64,000 bases of DNA from Psilocybe cubensis (Eukaryota), in NCBI GenBank assembly GCA_017499595.2, contig CM039006.1, forward strand, positions 1,550,001 through 1,614,000, in the 5' to 3' direction. Position numbers and translations under genes: made by a program. Below are positions 37,047 through 47,018 of the stretch, piece by piece (position 1 is the stretch's first letter; every line of letters begins with the position of its first letter). The notes beneath the pieces were generated by a model. That model ran no database searches. It had not been told where the DNA came from and saw only the letters and a list, made by a program, of their open reading frames with translations.

Positions 37047-38879
37047 TCCGGAGATATTGTTGAGAGCAAAAGTAAAGAAACGGACGACTGCGATTAGTAA
37101 GCATAAACAGCTATTTTTAGACCATTCAAGAATCCGAGCATACTCTTTTCACACTTTTCACCATAAACCTTGGATAAACTGCAATAAAAAATGTATTCAA
37201 GTATTTAAAGAATGTATATACACTTAAGTGCCTTTAAAATTTGAGTAAGTGCTGTTGAATCAGTAGAATACGTATGGATGTTATCTGCCACCAATGTTAT
37301 CTGCCAGCCGAGGTGCCGCAACACAGCCACATTTGCGCACTTCCGTATTCAATCCATGCTCGACGGGCATCCTGGTTTGATTTTTTGAGGCTCTTTGAGT
37401 GATATTCTAGATCATATATGAAGTAAATAATACCCAGGTAAAAAATATCAGAGAAGCTTAGAGTACAGACAAAGTAAAAGGTATATGTTTACATGGACCA
37501 TTTCTCGGACGCGCGTCAGCGCCAAATTTTTGAAATTTGCCTCTCGTTTCACACGGTATTTCCCAAAATTTATGTTTGTGACAATCCGTACATATTGTCG
37601 AGTACTTTCAAGTCATTTCTCTTCAAAATTTTAACAAAAATAAAGCATCGTGAGTCTCTCTCTTTTTCTCTCCATTTTTTGGTCATTTCCCGTTTGGGAT
37701 ACCCACTCCTATGAACGGAAAACCAAAAAATATTCTGTATGAATGCAAGTGATCAATGTCGAGATTTACTGAGAAATTATGATACATATTTCTCCTGCGG
37801 TTTTATTGATATAGTATCTATTACATTCCTTTTTTACCATCGCGAATGGAGCCAAATCTACTATGGGTAAATCGCAGCAAAACGAGAATTTCACGGTCAA
37901 TAATCATTCAAAAGTGGGCTACTGTAGTTATTTTACTTTCCGAAACATTAATGTGTCATTTAGGGAAACACTTGGGGCGGTAATGCATCATATATAGGGC
38001 AAAGCTGGTCCCAGGAAGCTTTAACATTGAATGAGTAGCCGTCAAAAACATCACAGAATATAAGACTCACTAGGTGGCTTAGTGACTTTAGGTATATCTG
38101 CCACATCTTCGGCCATTACCACAGCTAAACCTCTTTTTTATTTATCAGTACACAGTTTTATAAGATGAATCAGTATAGAAAGGGCACGTACAGCTCGAGA
38201 TGCCAGTCGATATGACTAAATTGTGTCAACAATGGCATTAGCATCTCTTCACAAAACGGTTAAAGGGAAATTACCAATGAAGAATCCAAGGTCCAGGGTT
38301 GTCAGTTACGAAGCGAATTGTAACATTATCACTTGGTGACGTTCCAAGACTGACGACATCCCGCCTTACAGGATTCTCAAAATTGTATCCTGAACTTCCT
38401 GCACTTCGTACAACGGAGAAGCTATGCTGGAATTATAATGAATATAAGTAGGAAATTATTGAATACTGGAGAGACTTACACCATGTAAGTGGAATGGATG
38501 CTAGTAGCCATTGAAACGTGGTTATAAATTAGGGTCAAGAAATACTTCGAAAGGAACTCACAGGACTTCCAATCGAGCCACCCGGCATGGAAATCTCGAT
38601 AACCTTGTTTGGAGGCAACCCATAGATTGATCCAGCAGGCATCAAATCCTGCGCTGTCTGGGCACCACTGAGGATTTGCAGCAATACAGGGACCGTCGGC
38701 GGGATAAAGGTCGCACCATTCACTGTAAACTTGAGGGTGGATATGTTGAACAGAATATTTAGGTTAATGTTCACATCCGCTGCTCCAGGAATAGGCACTC
38801 CTGGAGCTGCTGGGTTAGACAGTGGATGAAGATTTGTCTCTACCAGAGGTAAAGTTGCGTTTGAAGTCGTGACAGGGTC

Positions 38880-39179
38880 TGTCAGAATCTAAGTAACGAG
38901 CGTGAAGCTCGATCTCAGTACGTATCGTGGAACGAACTGAGTTGCAGTATCTACCTAAGTAACGAGCGTGAAGCTCGATCTACGAAGTGATGTAATAAGT
39001 AAATAATGAATGTTTAATGAATAAACTTTAAGCATACCTCAGTACGTATCGTGGAACGAACTGAGGTATGAATCAAAGAGAAAACAAAGGAAATGGGGGA
39101 GCACGATACACGTGATGAAAGAAACGGATGAAGTAGTTAATCTATGTATACGGCGTATCCGAGTCGTCATATTCTAACA
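38880..39179 (-). repeat. 3' LTR (300 bp)
   Basis: Reads identical to 44080-44379; termini TGTCAGAAT...ATTCTAACA. Confidence 0.97.
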
Positions 39180-42100
39180 CTCCCACTCGTGTGAGGGCGT
39201 AATCCCATGATGTTGCAGAATTTCCAGTGTTTATCGTGAGATAAGGATTTGGTAAAAATGTCAGCGACATTATCTTCTGTGGGAACGAATCGTACTATCG
39301 CTTGACCCTTTCCAACGATGTCGTCTCGTAGATAGTGGTATTTCCGTTGAATGTGTTTGGTACGTGCGCGAAACTGTGCGTCTTTGGTGAGAATGATTGC
39401 AGCTTGATTATCGCAGAATAATTCTGTGGGACTGGACTGCTGGTGTCCGATATCCTCGAAGAAAGATCGCAACCACGCCAGATGTTGTCCGGCATGGCAT
39501 AATCCGATGTATTCTGATTCTGTGGACGAGAGAGCGACCATGCTTTGTCGTTTGCTTCCCCAACCGATTGCAGCTCTGGAGGTAATAAATACGAAACCGG
39601 ATGTTGACTTTGAGGTGTCTGTGTCGCCGGACCAGTCAGCGTCGGAAAACCCGTGAAAATTGAAATCGCCTTTGAAGTCCATATCCATTGAGACGTCATT
39701 TCCATCAAATTCGAGTGTCATGTCGGCCGTTGCTGATAAGTATCGTAGGACACGTTTTGCAGCTACCCAGTGATGTGCTTTTGGGTTTGCGCTGAATCTT
39801 CCCAAAACTCCCACTGTGTAAGCAAGGTCTGGTCGGGTTCCCATCATGGCATACATTAGCGATCCAACTACGCTTGCATATGTGACTTGTTTTCCGTCAA
39901 TGTTCATCTCGTAAACTGTTTCATTGTTGCCGTCGGGGCTGTCTGATGTGAGGTGTAAGTTGGGTGCCATTGGAGTATAGATCGATTTCGAGTTAGACAT
40001 GCCACATCTTTCGACCACAGTCTTGATGTATTGACTTTGGGATAAAGATATTGTTCTGGCCTTTCGATTTCGTGTGATTTGAATTCCCAGAATGTACGTG
40101 GCTAATCCCAAGTCTCGCATTTTGAAAGTTTCCGAAAGTTTTGATTTTATACTGTTCATGAATGGGCGTGAGTTTGCTGCAAGGAGGAAATCGTCGACGT
40201 AGACCACTAAGAAACAAACTTCGCCCTTTTTGCCTTTGAACACATAGAGACATGTTTCAGCATTTAATCGTATAAATCCGAGTTCTCTAAGTTTCTTGTC
40301 CAGCGTGTGGTTCCATGTCCTTCCCGCTTGCTTTAGGCCGTATAATGATCGTCGAAGTCGCCAGCAATGTCCTTTCGGAATCTCTACTCCAGCAGGCGGG
40401 TGCATGTACAGCTCTTCTTCGAGTTCTCCATTTAAATACGCTGTCGCCACATCCATTTGATCGAGCTCTAAGTCATATTTGGCTGCCAATGCAAGGATGA
40501 TTCGGATTGATTCAAGATTTGCTACTGGTGCAAATACTTCCTTGTAGTCAATCCCTTCCTTTTGTGAGAAACCACGTGCAACTATACGAATTTTATATCG
40601 TTCGACGTTTCCATTTGCATCGTATTTGACTCGCGGAACCATTTTTGACGTGATGGGTTTGACGTGCTTTGGAGTCTGTACAATTTCGTACACATGGTTG
40701 TCGTTGAGACTTTGGAGTTCTTCAGTTAGCGCTGCTCTCCAGTGATGTCCATTTGGTCCGTTGAGTGCATCAATCGCATTTGTTATGATCTCGCGAGCAT
40801 GTGGGCCAGTACTTGCAACACCAGCGAAGTAGATGTCTTCATGATCTACGTCATCAGGGTTTGTGTGATCGGCCCTTGATTCAGGGTTAGGGTCGACTTC
40901 CAAATTTGGACTGGCATTGTTTGGTGGTGATTCGTCCGTAATCCCCGAGTCCGATTCTTCTTCCTCGACAACTGGCCAGTTTTTCCTCTCGACATTTCCA
41001 CTATCTCTTGATTGCTCGGATTGTGTTGCGGTTTTGGATCTTAAAGTTTTAGTGTTTGCACGGTGAGTGTCCTGCAATTTCTTTGCACGGTAATAATCAT
41101 TGTTGGGTCTGTTTGGTAAGGGGTTTCGTCGAGGTCGGCTAGCTCCCACTGAGCTTGGGTCAGGTGTATAGGTCTTTCTCGGTCTTGTTATTTTTGGTGG
41201 TGGATCATTTACGGCGGTTGCTGCTGGAATGTCTGCAGGTGCGTCTTCTTGTTGTGTTTTAGCTCCCACTGACGCAATACTGCGCATGACTGTTTCAGCC
41301 ATGTCCTCCCACTCGTCGTTAGATCCACTGCCTTCCATGTTATTTAAGTCGTCCAATTCAAGATCGGTAGAAGGAGGCAAATTTGGAGCATCTGTGTGTC
41401 GTAGGATTTCGGATTTATTTTGTAGGATGTCGTGTGATTTGTTTGGGGTGTTTGGTGTGTCATATGAACTTAGATCAATGGGATTGTCGTTGTTCTCATC
41501 AAAGCGAACGTGCCGACAGTGAAATACTTTTCGAGTTGCAATGTTAAGAAGGCGGTATGCCTTTCGCCCTGTTGTGTAGCCAAGTAGCAAGGATTTTATT
41601 CCTTTCGACGAGAATTTTCCTTTTCGTTTGCTTTTGGGTATTAGCGCATAGGCGACACATCCAAACGGTCGGAGCCATGATATGTCCACTTTCACCTTAA
41701 AAAGTTTCTCATAGGGTATTCCTCCAGAAAGTCCGGCAGCGGGTGCTCGTGCCATGATGAACGCCGCAGTGAGCATTGCGTCGGTCCAAAAAGACATTGG
41801 TACATTTGAATCTTCAATCATTGCTGTTGCTAGGTTTACCAGTGTTTGGTTCATCCTTTCAGATATTCCATTCTGTTCTGGTGTATCCGGCGCTGTTATG
41901 CGGTAGGTGACTCCTGTACTGGCAAGTTCCTTTTTGAATTCTTTTGATAAGTATTCACCGCCGCCGTCAATTTGGAAGAATGAAACAAAGTTTGGTGAGA
42001 AGATTATTTGCCCAATCTCTTCGCCGAATTGAGCTTGAACATCTGAGCGCCATTGTTTGTAGATTCCGAGTGCTTCGCTCTTTTTCTTCATGAAATAAAT

Positions 42101-43921
42101 CCAAGGATATCGACTGTGATCGTCGATGAGTGTGATCCAGTATTTGTATCCATGTCGATCTTGGGGTTTGACAGGACCTCCCACGTCGGAGTGAATTATT
42201 TGGAGTGGTTTTGAGGCTCGTTCTCCTTCATGGGATTTGAAGAATGGCTTTTTCATCTTTGCGAGTATGCAAGGCTCGCATAGTTTGGGAATTCCAGTTA
42301 CTTTGTCAATGTTGACGATGTGGCCATCTGACACCATCTTTTTCAGCCTTTCCATTGATATGTGTCCCATTCGGCGATGTAGAATGTTTATATCAATAGA
42401 GCTGAGTGCGAATTCGGGATTGGTGTAGTCTCGTGGTTTTGCATCCAGTTGATATAGTCCATCCTTATCCGATCCTTGAAGAATGGATTTACGACCTTTT
42501 GACAGTTTGACTGTACATTTCCCATTCTTGAAGACTGAGTAACATCCTTTCTTATCGAGCTTGCGAACCGATATGAGTGTGAGTTTAAAAGATGGTATAA
42601 ACAGCACATTGCTTAATTTAGTTTCGATGTTCTTTCCTCGGATAGTATCACAGAGGGTTATTGATCCGATTCCAGTAGCGTTTACAAAAGATTTGTCGCC
42701 AAATTGAATTGGTTTTGGCGGGTCTAGTGTTTGGAATGTACTGGGATCAAACCACTCACGACATGGAGTCATGTGTGTCGATGCACCCGAATCAAGAAGA
42801 ATATCGTGTAATGTGTCTCTAGTCTCATTTGCTGCAAGGTAGGCTTGAATGCGTGTTTTCAATGCTCTATTTACGGACATGGGAGTAGGATTACTAGATG
42901 TGTATGCCAAACCCGAGAATTGGGCTTTGTCCATTGCCTCAGTATCCGATTCATCGTCGTCATCTGATGAGACGGCAGATTCATGCTTAGCCTTGTGTCC
43001 AGACTCCTTTTTCTTCCCCTTTGAAAGTGATGTGGATGCTGCCTTTGCCTTTTCTCTATCCATTCGCTTCTTAGCAAAGCACTCCTTTGTGCTGTGTGAC
43101 GTCGAATCTGGATGAATGTCGCAGTGTTTGGGAGTCTTTGTTTTTGACGCTTTTGATCGAGCGTTCAACGCTGACTCGGCATTGGTTGATCCTTGAATTC
43201 GAGTTGCTTCGGAAGCGAGGCGGTTGGATATTTCAGCAAAAGAAAGCTTTGAATCCTTTGGCAATGAGTTTAGGACGGTTGACTTGAAGGTTTGCCACAT
43301 TTGATCGTCGGGTAATGAGTGGAGTAAAAGGAATGCGAGAAATTCCGAATCGAATGGCTTCTTCATTGCAGTCAGTTTGGCATCCGCTGATGAAATCGAT
43401 GATATGTGGTCTTGGATCGTTGATACGTCTCCGTCCCATTTCTGACTAACCATGCCGACAAACGTGTAGAATGCGCTTACTCCAACGTTGGTGTTTTCGT
43501 GCATGTTGATGAGCTTAGAGAACAATGCGAATGCAGTTGTTTCCGATGCTGTGTCCAGTACCAGTCGATCAGATATGTGGTCGGTGATGATTCCGTGAGC
43601 CTTTGCATCGCGTATCTCCCACGAATCTCCGAAAATAGTTGTCAGGCCAGCAGCAGCTGCTCGAGCAGCATTTTCGGCTGCAACAGCGGCTGCCTGAAGC
43701 TGTGTATCGTCTGGTTTGGCATCTGCTGAGCTTCGAGCGGCTTGAGCGGCTGCTTGGGCTAGGTTGAGCGATGTTGAATCAGATGTGATTGGGGGTTTTG
43801 GAGTGATGGTGACATCAAAGACTTTCTCTCGTTTGAGTTTGGCGGATATTCTGAGTTTCCAGATCTGGAAGTTCTCAGCGCCAGTGAGAACTGGGCATTT
43901 GGAGGTGTCCGAAGTAGCCAT
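39167..43921 (-). CDS. Copia gag-pol polyprotein (1584 aa, uninterrupted)
   Basis: Gag (LTGAENFQIWK; variant knuckle CDIHPDSTSHSTKEC); protease LLDSGASTHMT; integrase HRRMGH..CEPC, HSDVGGP, DGGGEY, PEQNGISER; RT QMDVATAYLNG, SLYGLKQAGR.W, YVDD; RNase H FSDADW...RTKHI...ADIFTKSL. PR-INT-RT-RH order is diagnostic of copia. Confidence 0.97.
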   Translation of the reverse strand: MATSDTSKCPVLTGAENFQIWKLRISAKLKREKVFDVTITPKPPITSDSTSLNLAQAAAQAARSSADAKPDDTQLQAAAVAAENAARAAAAGLTTIFGDSWEIRDAKAHGIITDHISDRLVLDTASETTAFALFSKLINMHENTNVGVSAFYTFVGMVSQKWDGDVSTIQDHISSISSADAKLTAMKKPFDSEFLAFLLLHSLPDDQMWQTFKSTVLNSLPKDSKLSFAEISNRLASEATRIQGSTNAESALNARSKASKTKTPKHCDIHPDSTSHSTKECFAKKRMDREKAKAASTSLSKGKKKESGHKAKHESAVSSDDDDESDTEAMDKAQFSGLAYTSSNPTPMSVNRALKTRIQAYLAANETRDTLHDILLDSGASTHMTPCREWFDPSTFQTLDPPKPIQFGDKSFVNATGIGSITLCDTIRGKNIETKLSNVLFIPSFKLTLISVRKLDKKGCYSVFKNGKCTVKLSKGRKSILQGSDKDGLYQLDAKPRDYTNPEFALSSIDINILHRRMGHISMERLKKMVSDGHIVNIDKVTGIPKLCEPCILAKMKKPFFKSHEGERASKPLQIIHSDVGGPVKPQDRHGYKYWITLIDDHSRYPWIYFMKKKSEALGIYKQWRSDVQAQFGEEIGQIIFSPNFVSFFQIDGGGEYLSKEFKKELASTGVTYRITAPDTPEQNGISERMNQTLVNLATAMIEDSNVPMSFWTDAMLTAAFIMARAPAAGLSGGIPYEKLFKVKVDISWLRPFGCVAYALIPKSKRKGKFSSKGIKSLLLGYTTGRKAYRLLNIATRKVFHCRHVRFDENNDNPIDLSSYDTPNTPNKSHDILQNKSEILRHTDAPNLPPSTDLELDDLNNMEGSGSNDEWEDMAETVMRSIASVGAKTQQEDAPADIPAATAVNDPPPKITRPRKTYTPDPSSVGASRPRRNPLPNRPNNDYYRAKKLQDTHRANTKTLRSKTATQSEQSRDSGNVERKNWPVVEEEESDSGITDESPPNNASPNLEVDPNPESRADHTNPDDVDHEDIYFAGVASTGPHAREIITNAIDALNGPNGHHWRAALTEELQSLNDNHVYEIVQTPKHVKPITSKMVPRVKYDANGNVERYKIRIVARGFSQKEGIDYKEVFAPVANLESIRIILALAAKYDLELDQMDVATAYLNGELEEELYMHPPAGVEIPKGHCWRLRRSLYGLKQAGRTWNHTLDKKLRELGFIRLNAETCLYVFKGKKGEVCFLVVYVDDFLLAANSRPFMNSIKSKLSETFKMRDLGLATYILGIQITRNRKARTISLSQSQYIKTVVERCGMSNSKSIYTPMAPNLHLTSDSPDGNNETVYEMNIDGKQVTYASVVGSLMYAMMGTRPDLAYTVGVLGRFSANPKAHHWVAAKRVLRYLSATADMTLEFDGNDVSMDMDFKGDFNFHGFSDADWSGDTDTSKSTSGFVFITSRAAIGWGSKRQSMVALSSTESEYIGLCHAGQHLAWLRSFFEDIGHQQSSPTELFCDNQAAIILTKDAQFRARTKHIQRKYHYLRDDIVGKGQAIVRFVPTEDNVADIFTKSLSHDKHWKFCNIMGLRPHTSGSVRI

Positions 43922-44079
43922 TTTCGGGTACCAGCTGCTTGACAGCTGTGGGATATGTGTCGATCAGGTCTGATCTTGAGATCGCGATTGAATTGCGGAC
44001 ACTCGGAGGGTACGCAGTTGATACGAGTTCGTTTCGTTGTAGATCAGGGTTAAAATCGCGCTAGGCGGGGCCCATAACC

Positions 44080-44379
44080 TGTCAGAATCTAAGTAACGAG
44101 CGTGAAGCTCGATCTCAGTACGTATCGTGGAACGAACTGAGTTGCAGTATCTACCTAAGTAACGAGCGTGAAGCTCGATCTACGAAGTGATGTAATAAGT
44201 AAATAATGAATGTTTAATGAATAAACTTTAAGCATACCTCAGTACGTATCGTGGAACGAACTGAGGTATGAATCAAAGAGAAAACAAAGGAAATGGGGGA
44301 GCACGATACACGTGATGAAAGAAACGGATGAAGTAGTTAATCTATGTATACGGCGTATCCGAGTCGTCATATTCTAACA
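44080..44379 (-). repeat. 5' LTR (300 bp)
   Basis: Reads identical to 38880-39179; followed on the minus strand by the PBS. Confidence 0.97.
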
Positions 44380-46117
44380 GGGTCTGCATCGGGAGCGCCC
44401 TGGTACCTGAGGATAGCAGAATTGATACCTCCGTCGAATCCGATGGTACCAACATTAGGCGTAGCACGGATCCAATAATTCGCCACGGGATTGTTTGTGG
44501 TTAGAATGAACGAATAACGCTGGCCAACAAAAATTTGTATTTCATCCACAACGAGCGGTTGCACATTCTCGGAGTCCACTTCGATGATTGTCTGATGGTG
44601 ATGAAAATATGCTTGTTAAATTGGTCATCATGAGAGAAATAGGATAATACTGACCAGAGGGTGTCCATCTATCGAAAAGGTGAAGTTAGGATCGCATGAG
44701 ATGGAGATCAGGCGGAATCGATAACGTTTGTTGGGCAAAACGTTAATAACCTCCAGAGGGGTAGCAGGACCTCCGGGGTAGCGTCCTTTTCCGTTAATGA
44801 GTGTTGCATCGAAGGTTGGAACAATCTGCTTCTCCGCCTGGGGCGCCACGATGTGATACCTACAAGGTTCATTCTGAGGAAGCAAGACATACAGTAAGAG
44901 GCAAACACTTACCAGTCCGCCAGAGTGATAATTGTTGACTCTGCATAATTGAAATATCAAGTTAGCTGAATGCGGCGGCACTTTGTGAATGGCAAGTCCA
45001 TTTACCGTCATCGATATCATAACTGTGCGAGAACGATTGATGAGTTCTTATAAACTACGCGGTCCTTGAGCGATTTACTTACAGATTTTTATGTGGATCA
45101 TTTTGGTCGTACACCACCAAAGGACCCCTGAGTCCGTCGCAATATTGTGTCGCTTTAAATGTATAGAATTAGCGCAGAGAAAGAAGTCATTATTTGAATC
45201 ATACTCACAAAAATGGGAATGATACCAAAAAGTGCCTGCCTGTTCCCCTGTCGCGAATTCGTATAAAAACGAATGCTGAGGAGCTATGGGGCACTGTGTA
45301 ACGCCGACTGGACCATCGGCCCAACTTGTTTTGTTTTGAAAAAATCCATGCCAATGCTAGAATTAAACCGAAGTCAGAAAGTCTCGCCTTGGAGTATCTC
45401 AACATGATACGCACTATACTAGTGCTCAGCAACATGGACGTGTCAACCAATTGATCAATGACATTCATGCGAAAGATATCTCCCTGTAGAATTAAATTTA
45501 ATCATAAGCGATCAATTTATTCTTTACAACTCCAACAACGTACTTTGTGTGCCCGAATCAATGGCCCAGGGAAGGTTAGGGTATCTGATTTGGCTCCAGC
45601 AAGAACAGCACTAAAATTCGAGGCATTTAGCAAGTAATCACTATTAAAGCATAAAAATGTACTGACGATCTGTTGAAGCCATCTGGGGAGATTATTTTGT
45701 TTCCGATATAGAGGTCCGCTGCTGGTCCAATAGCACTTTTTTCGACTCCAGATCCTGTATTGTTCGCGTTTCCGGTATAGGCGATAGTTATATAGGACAA
45801 TAAGATGACGTTGGAAAAAACGCTTCGTCGCATCTTGTGTTCAAAGGGATTAACCGCAGAGAGAATCGAAAGTGTTAAGGGTTAGACGTTAGGCGTTAGT
45901 ATTTTATACTACCTAATTCGTGTCAGCCATAACCTCTCTCAAGTGTCCGCCACTACTGCACTCGATCATATTTCCGAACTAGTTGTCAGCCCTTCGGCAA
46001 AAATAACACATTCGTATTCGAATGTCAGCCACCATAGGTGTTTATATTGCGTTCCTTGGTTTTATACAAGACATCTCCCCACTACACGTTCATTCAACAA
46101 CCTAAATCGAAATCGAC

Positions 46118-46450
46118 ATGAAGACCGCTTATATTATTTTTACCCTTCTTCAAGCCCTCGCTTCCAACGCTGTAAGATTTATGAGTCTCGTTTTATTCCA
46201 ACACAGCTGATTCCTTCTCTGCAGTTAGCTCCTAGGGAGCCTGATACTGTCACCGCAGAAAGAGTATACCATACAATGATTACGGAGGCGCCTTACATGG
46301 TAGATATGACTACCACAGTGACTTGGACGTAAGTTTACATACACTCTACCCAAATTCACAATGCACAAAATGACAACGCTCCAACTTAGTGTTCCAAACA
46401 CCCAAATCCAATCATCGACCTCTGTTCCAACTGCATCAACCACCTCTTGA
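46118..46450 (+). CDS. Small secreted Thr-rich protein (~72 aa, 3 exons)
   Basis: MKTAYIIFTLLQALASNA|LAPREPDTVTAERVYHTMITEAPYMVDMTTTVTWT|VPNTQIQSSTSVPTASTTS*. Both introns are GT-AG and in frame. TTTATA upstream. Head-to-head with the laccase. Confidence 0.7.
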
Positions 46451-47018
46451 GCTTGCCCTTTAGTCGTTCCAATTACTTATCAGAACGAAGCGGAGGTTCG
46501 TGCTCTACATTGATGATAATGTCTTCTTCTCAAGTCAATAGGGTCGATAACTTTCATATACCCTTTTAGATCCTGAATGATAGTAGTACCATGGTGCCTC
46601 GATCTGTTTCCTGTTACAATCTTAAATATTGTTTCATGCATTTTGTTCAACCATATATCTCAGTGTTGATGGCCAGATGACCTTCGCGCATCTTTATACT
46701 CAGGGTCTACCAACCAAGGTTCCTAAGAGCAAGTTGAACTTCATTCAGGTATTTAACACGGTCACGAGAAAATCACGACACAAAGTTATCTTCGTTGTGC
46801 GCGCCGTGGTACTTAATCTTTCATAATATATCATTCATTTAAGCAGACCTGTCGGTTCTGACATTGTTGAGAATTGTTTGTTGTAAGTTCCAGAATCTCT
46901 TCAAGTTATTGTTGATAAAAATTCGATTTTATTATTGAGTGGGAATCAGAAATTACAACAGGTTGAGTACACAACGAGCATGTTATTTTCTTCCCAAGCA
47001 TTACAGTTTTCAACTCGG

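Larger units (their letters stand above)
38880..44379 (-). mobile_element. Full-length Ty1/copia LTR retrotransposon, 5,500 bp
   Basis: TG...CA LTRs at 38880-39179 and 44080-44379. 5-bp TSD GGGTC at 38875-38879 and 44380-44384. PBS GGTTATGGGCCC abuts the 5' LTR and a short purine tract precedes the 3' LTR. Single gag-pol ORF. Confidence 0.98.
37960..45833 (-). pseudogene. Laccase (AA1_1 multicopper oxidase) interrupted by a copia retrotransposon
   Basis: All four Cu-binding signatures are present: [28 protein letters not shown] and [19 protein letters not shown] (Leu axial position). Also [15 protein letters not shown] and GQRYSF. The frame [25 protein letters not shown] is restored exactly when the element and one TSD are removed. 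Confidence 0.93.

Noticed and set aside
37265-37720. Possible further transposon fragment (repeat atgttatctgcca x2, AT-rich)
   Set aside because: No paired termini or TSD found.
38880-39065. Short repeats with spacers resembling a CRISPR-like array
   Set aside because: Eukaryotic LTR-internal duplications, two copies each, no cas genes.
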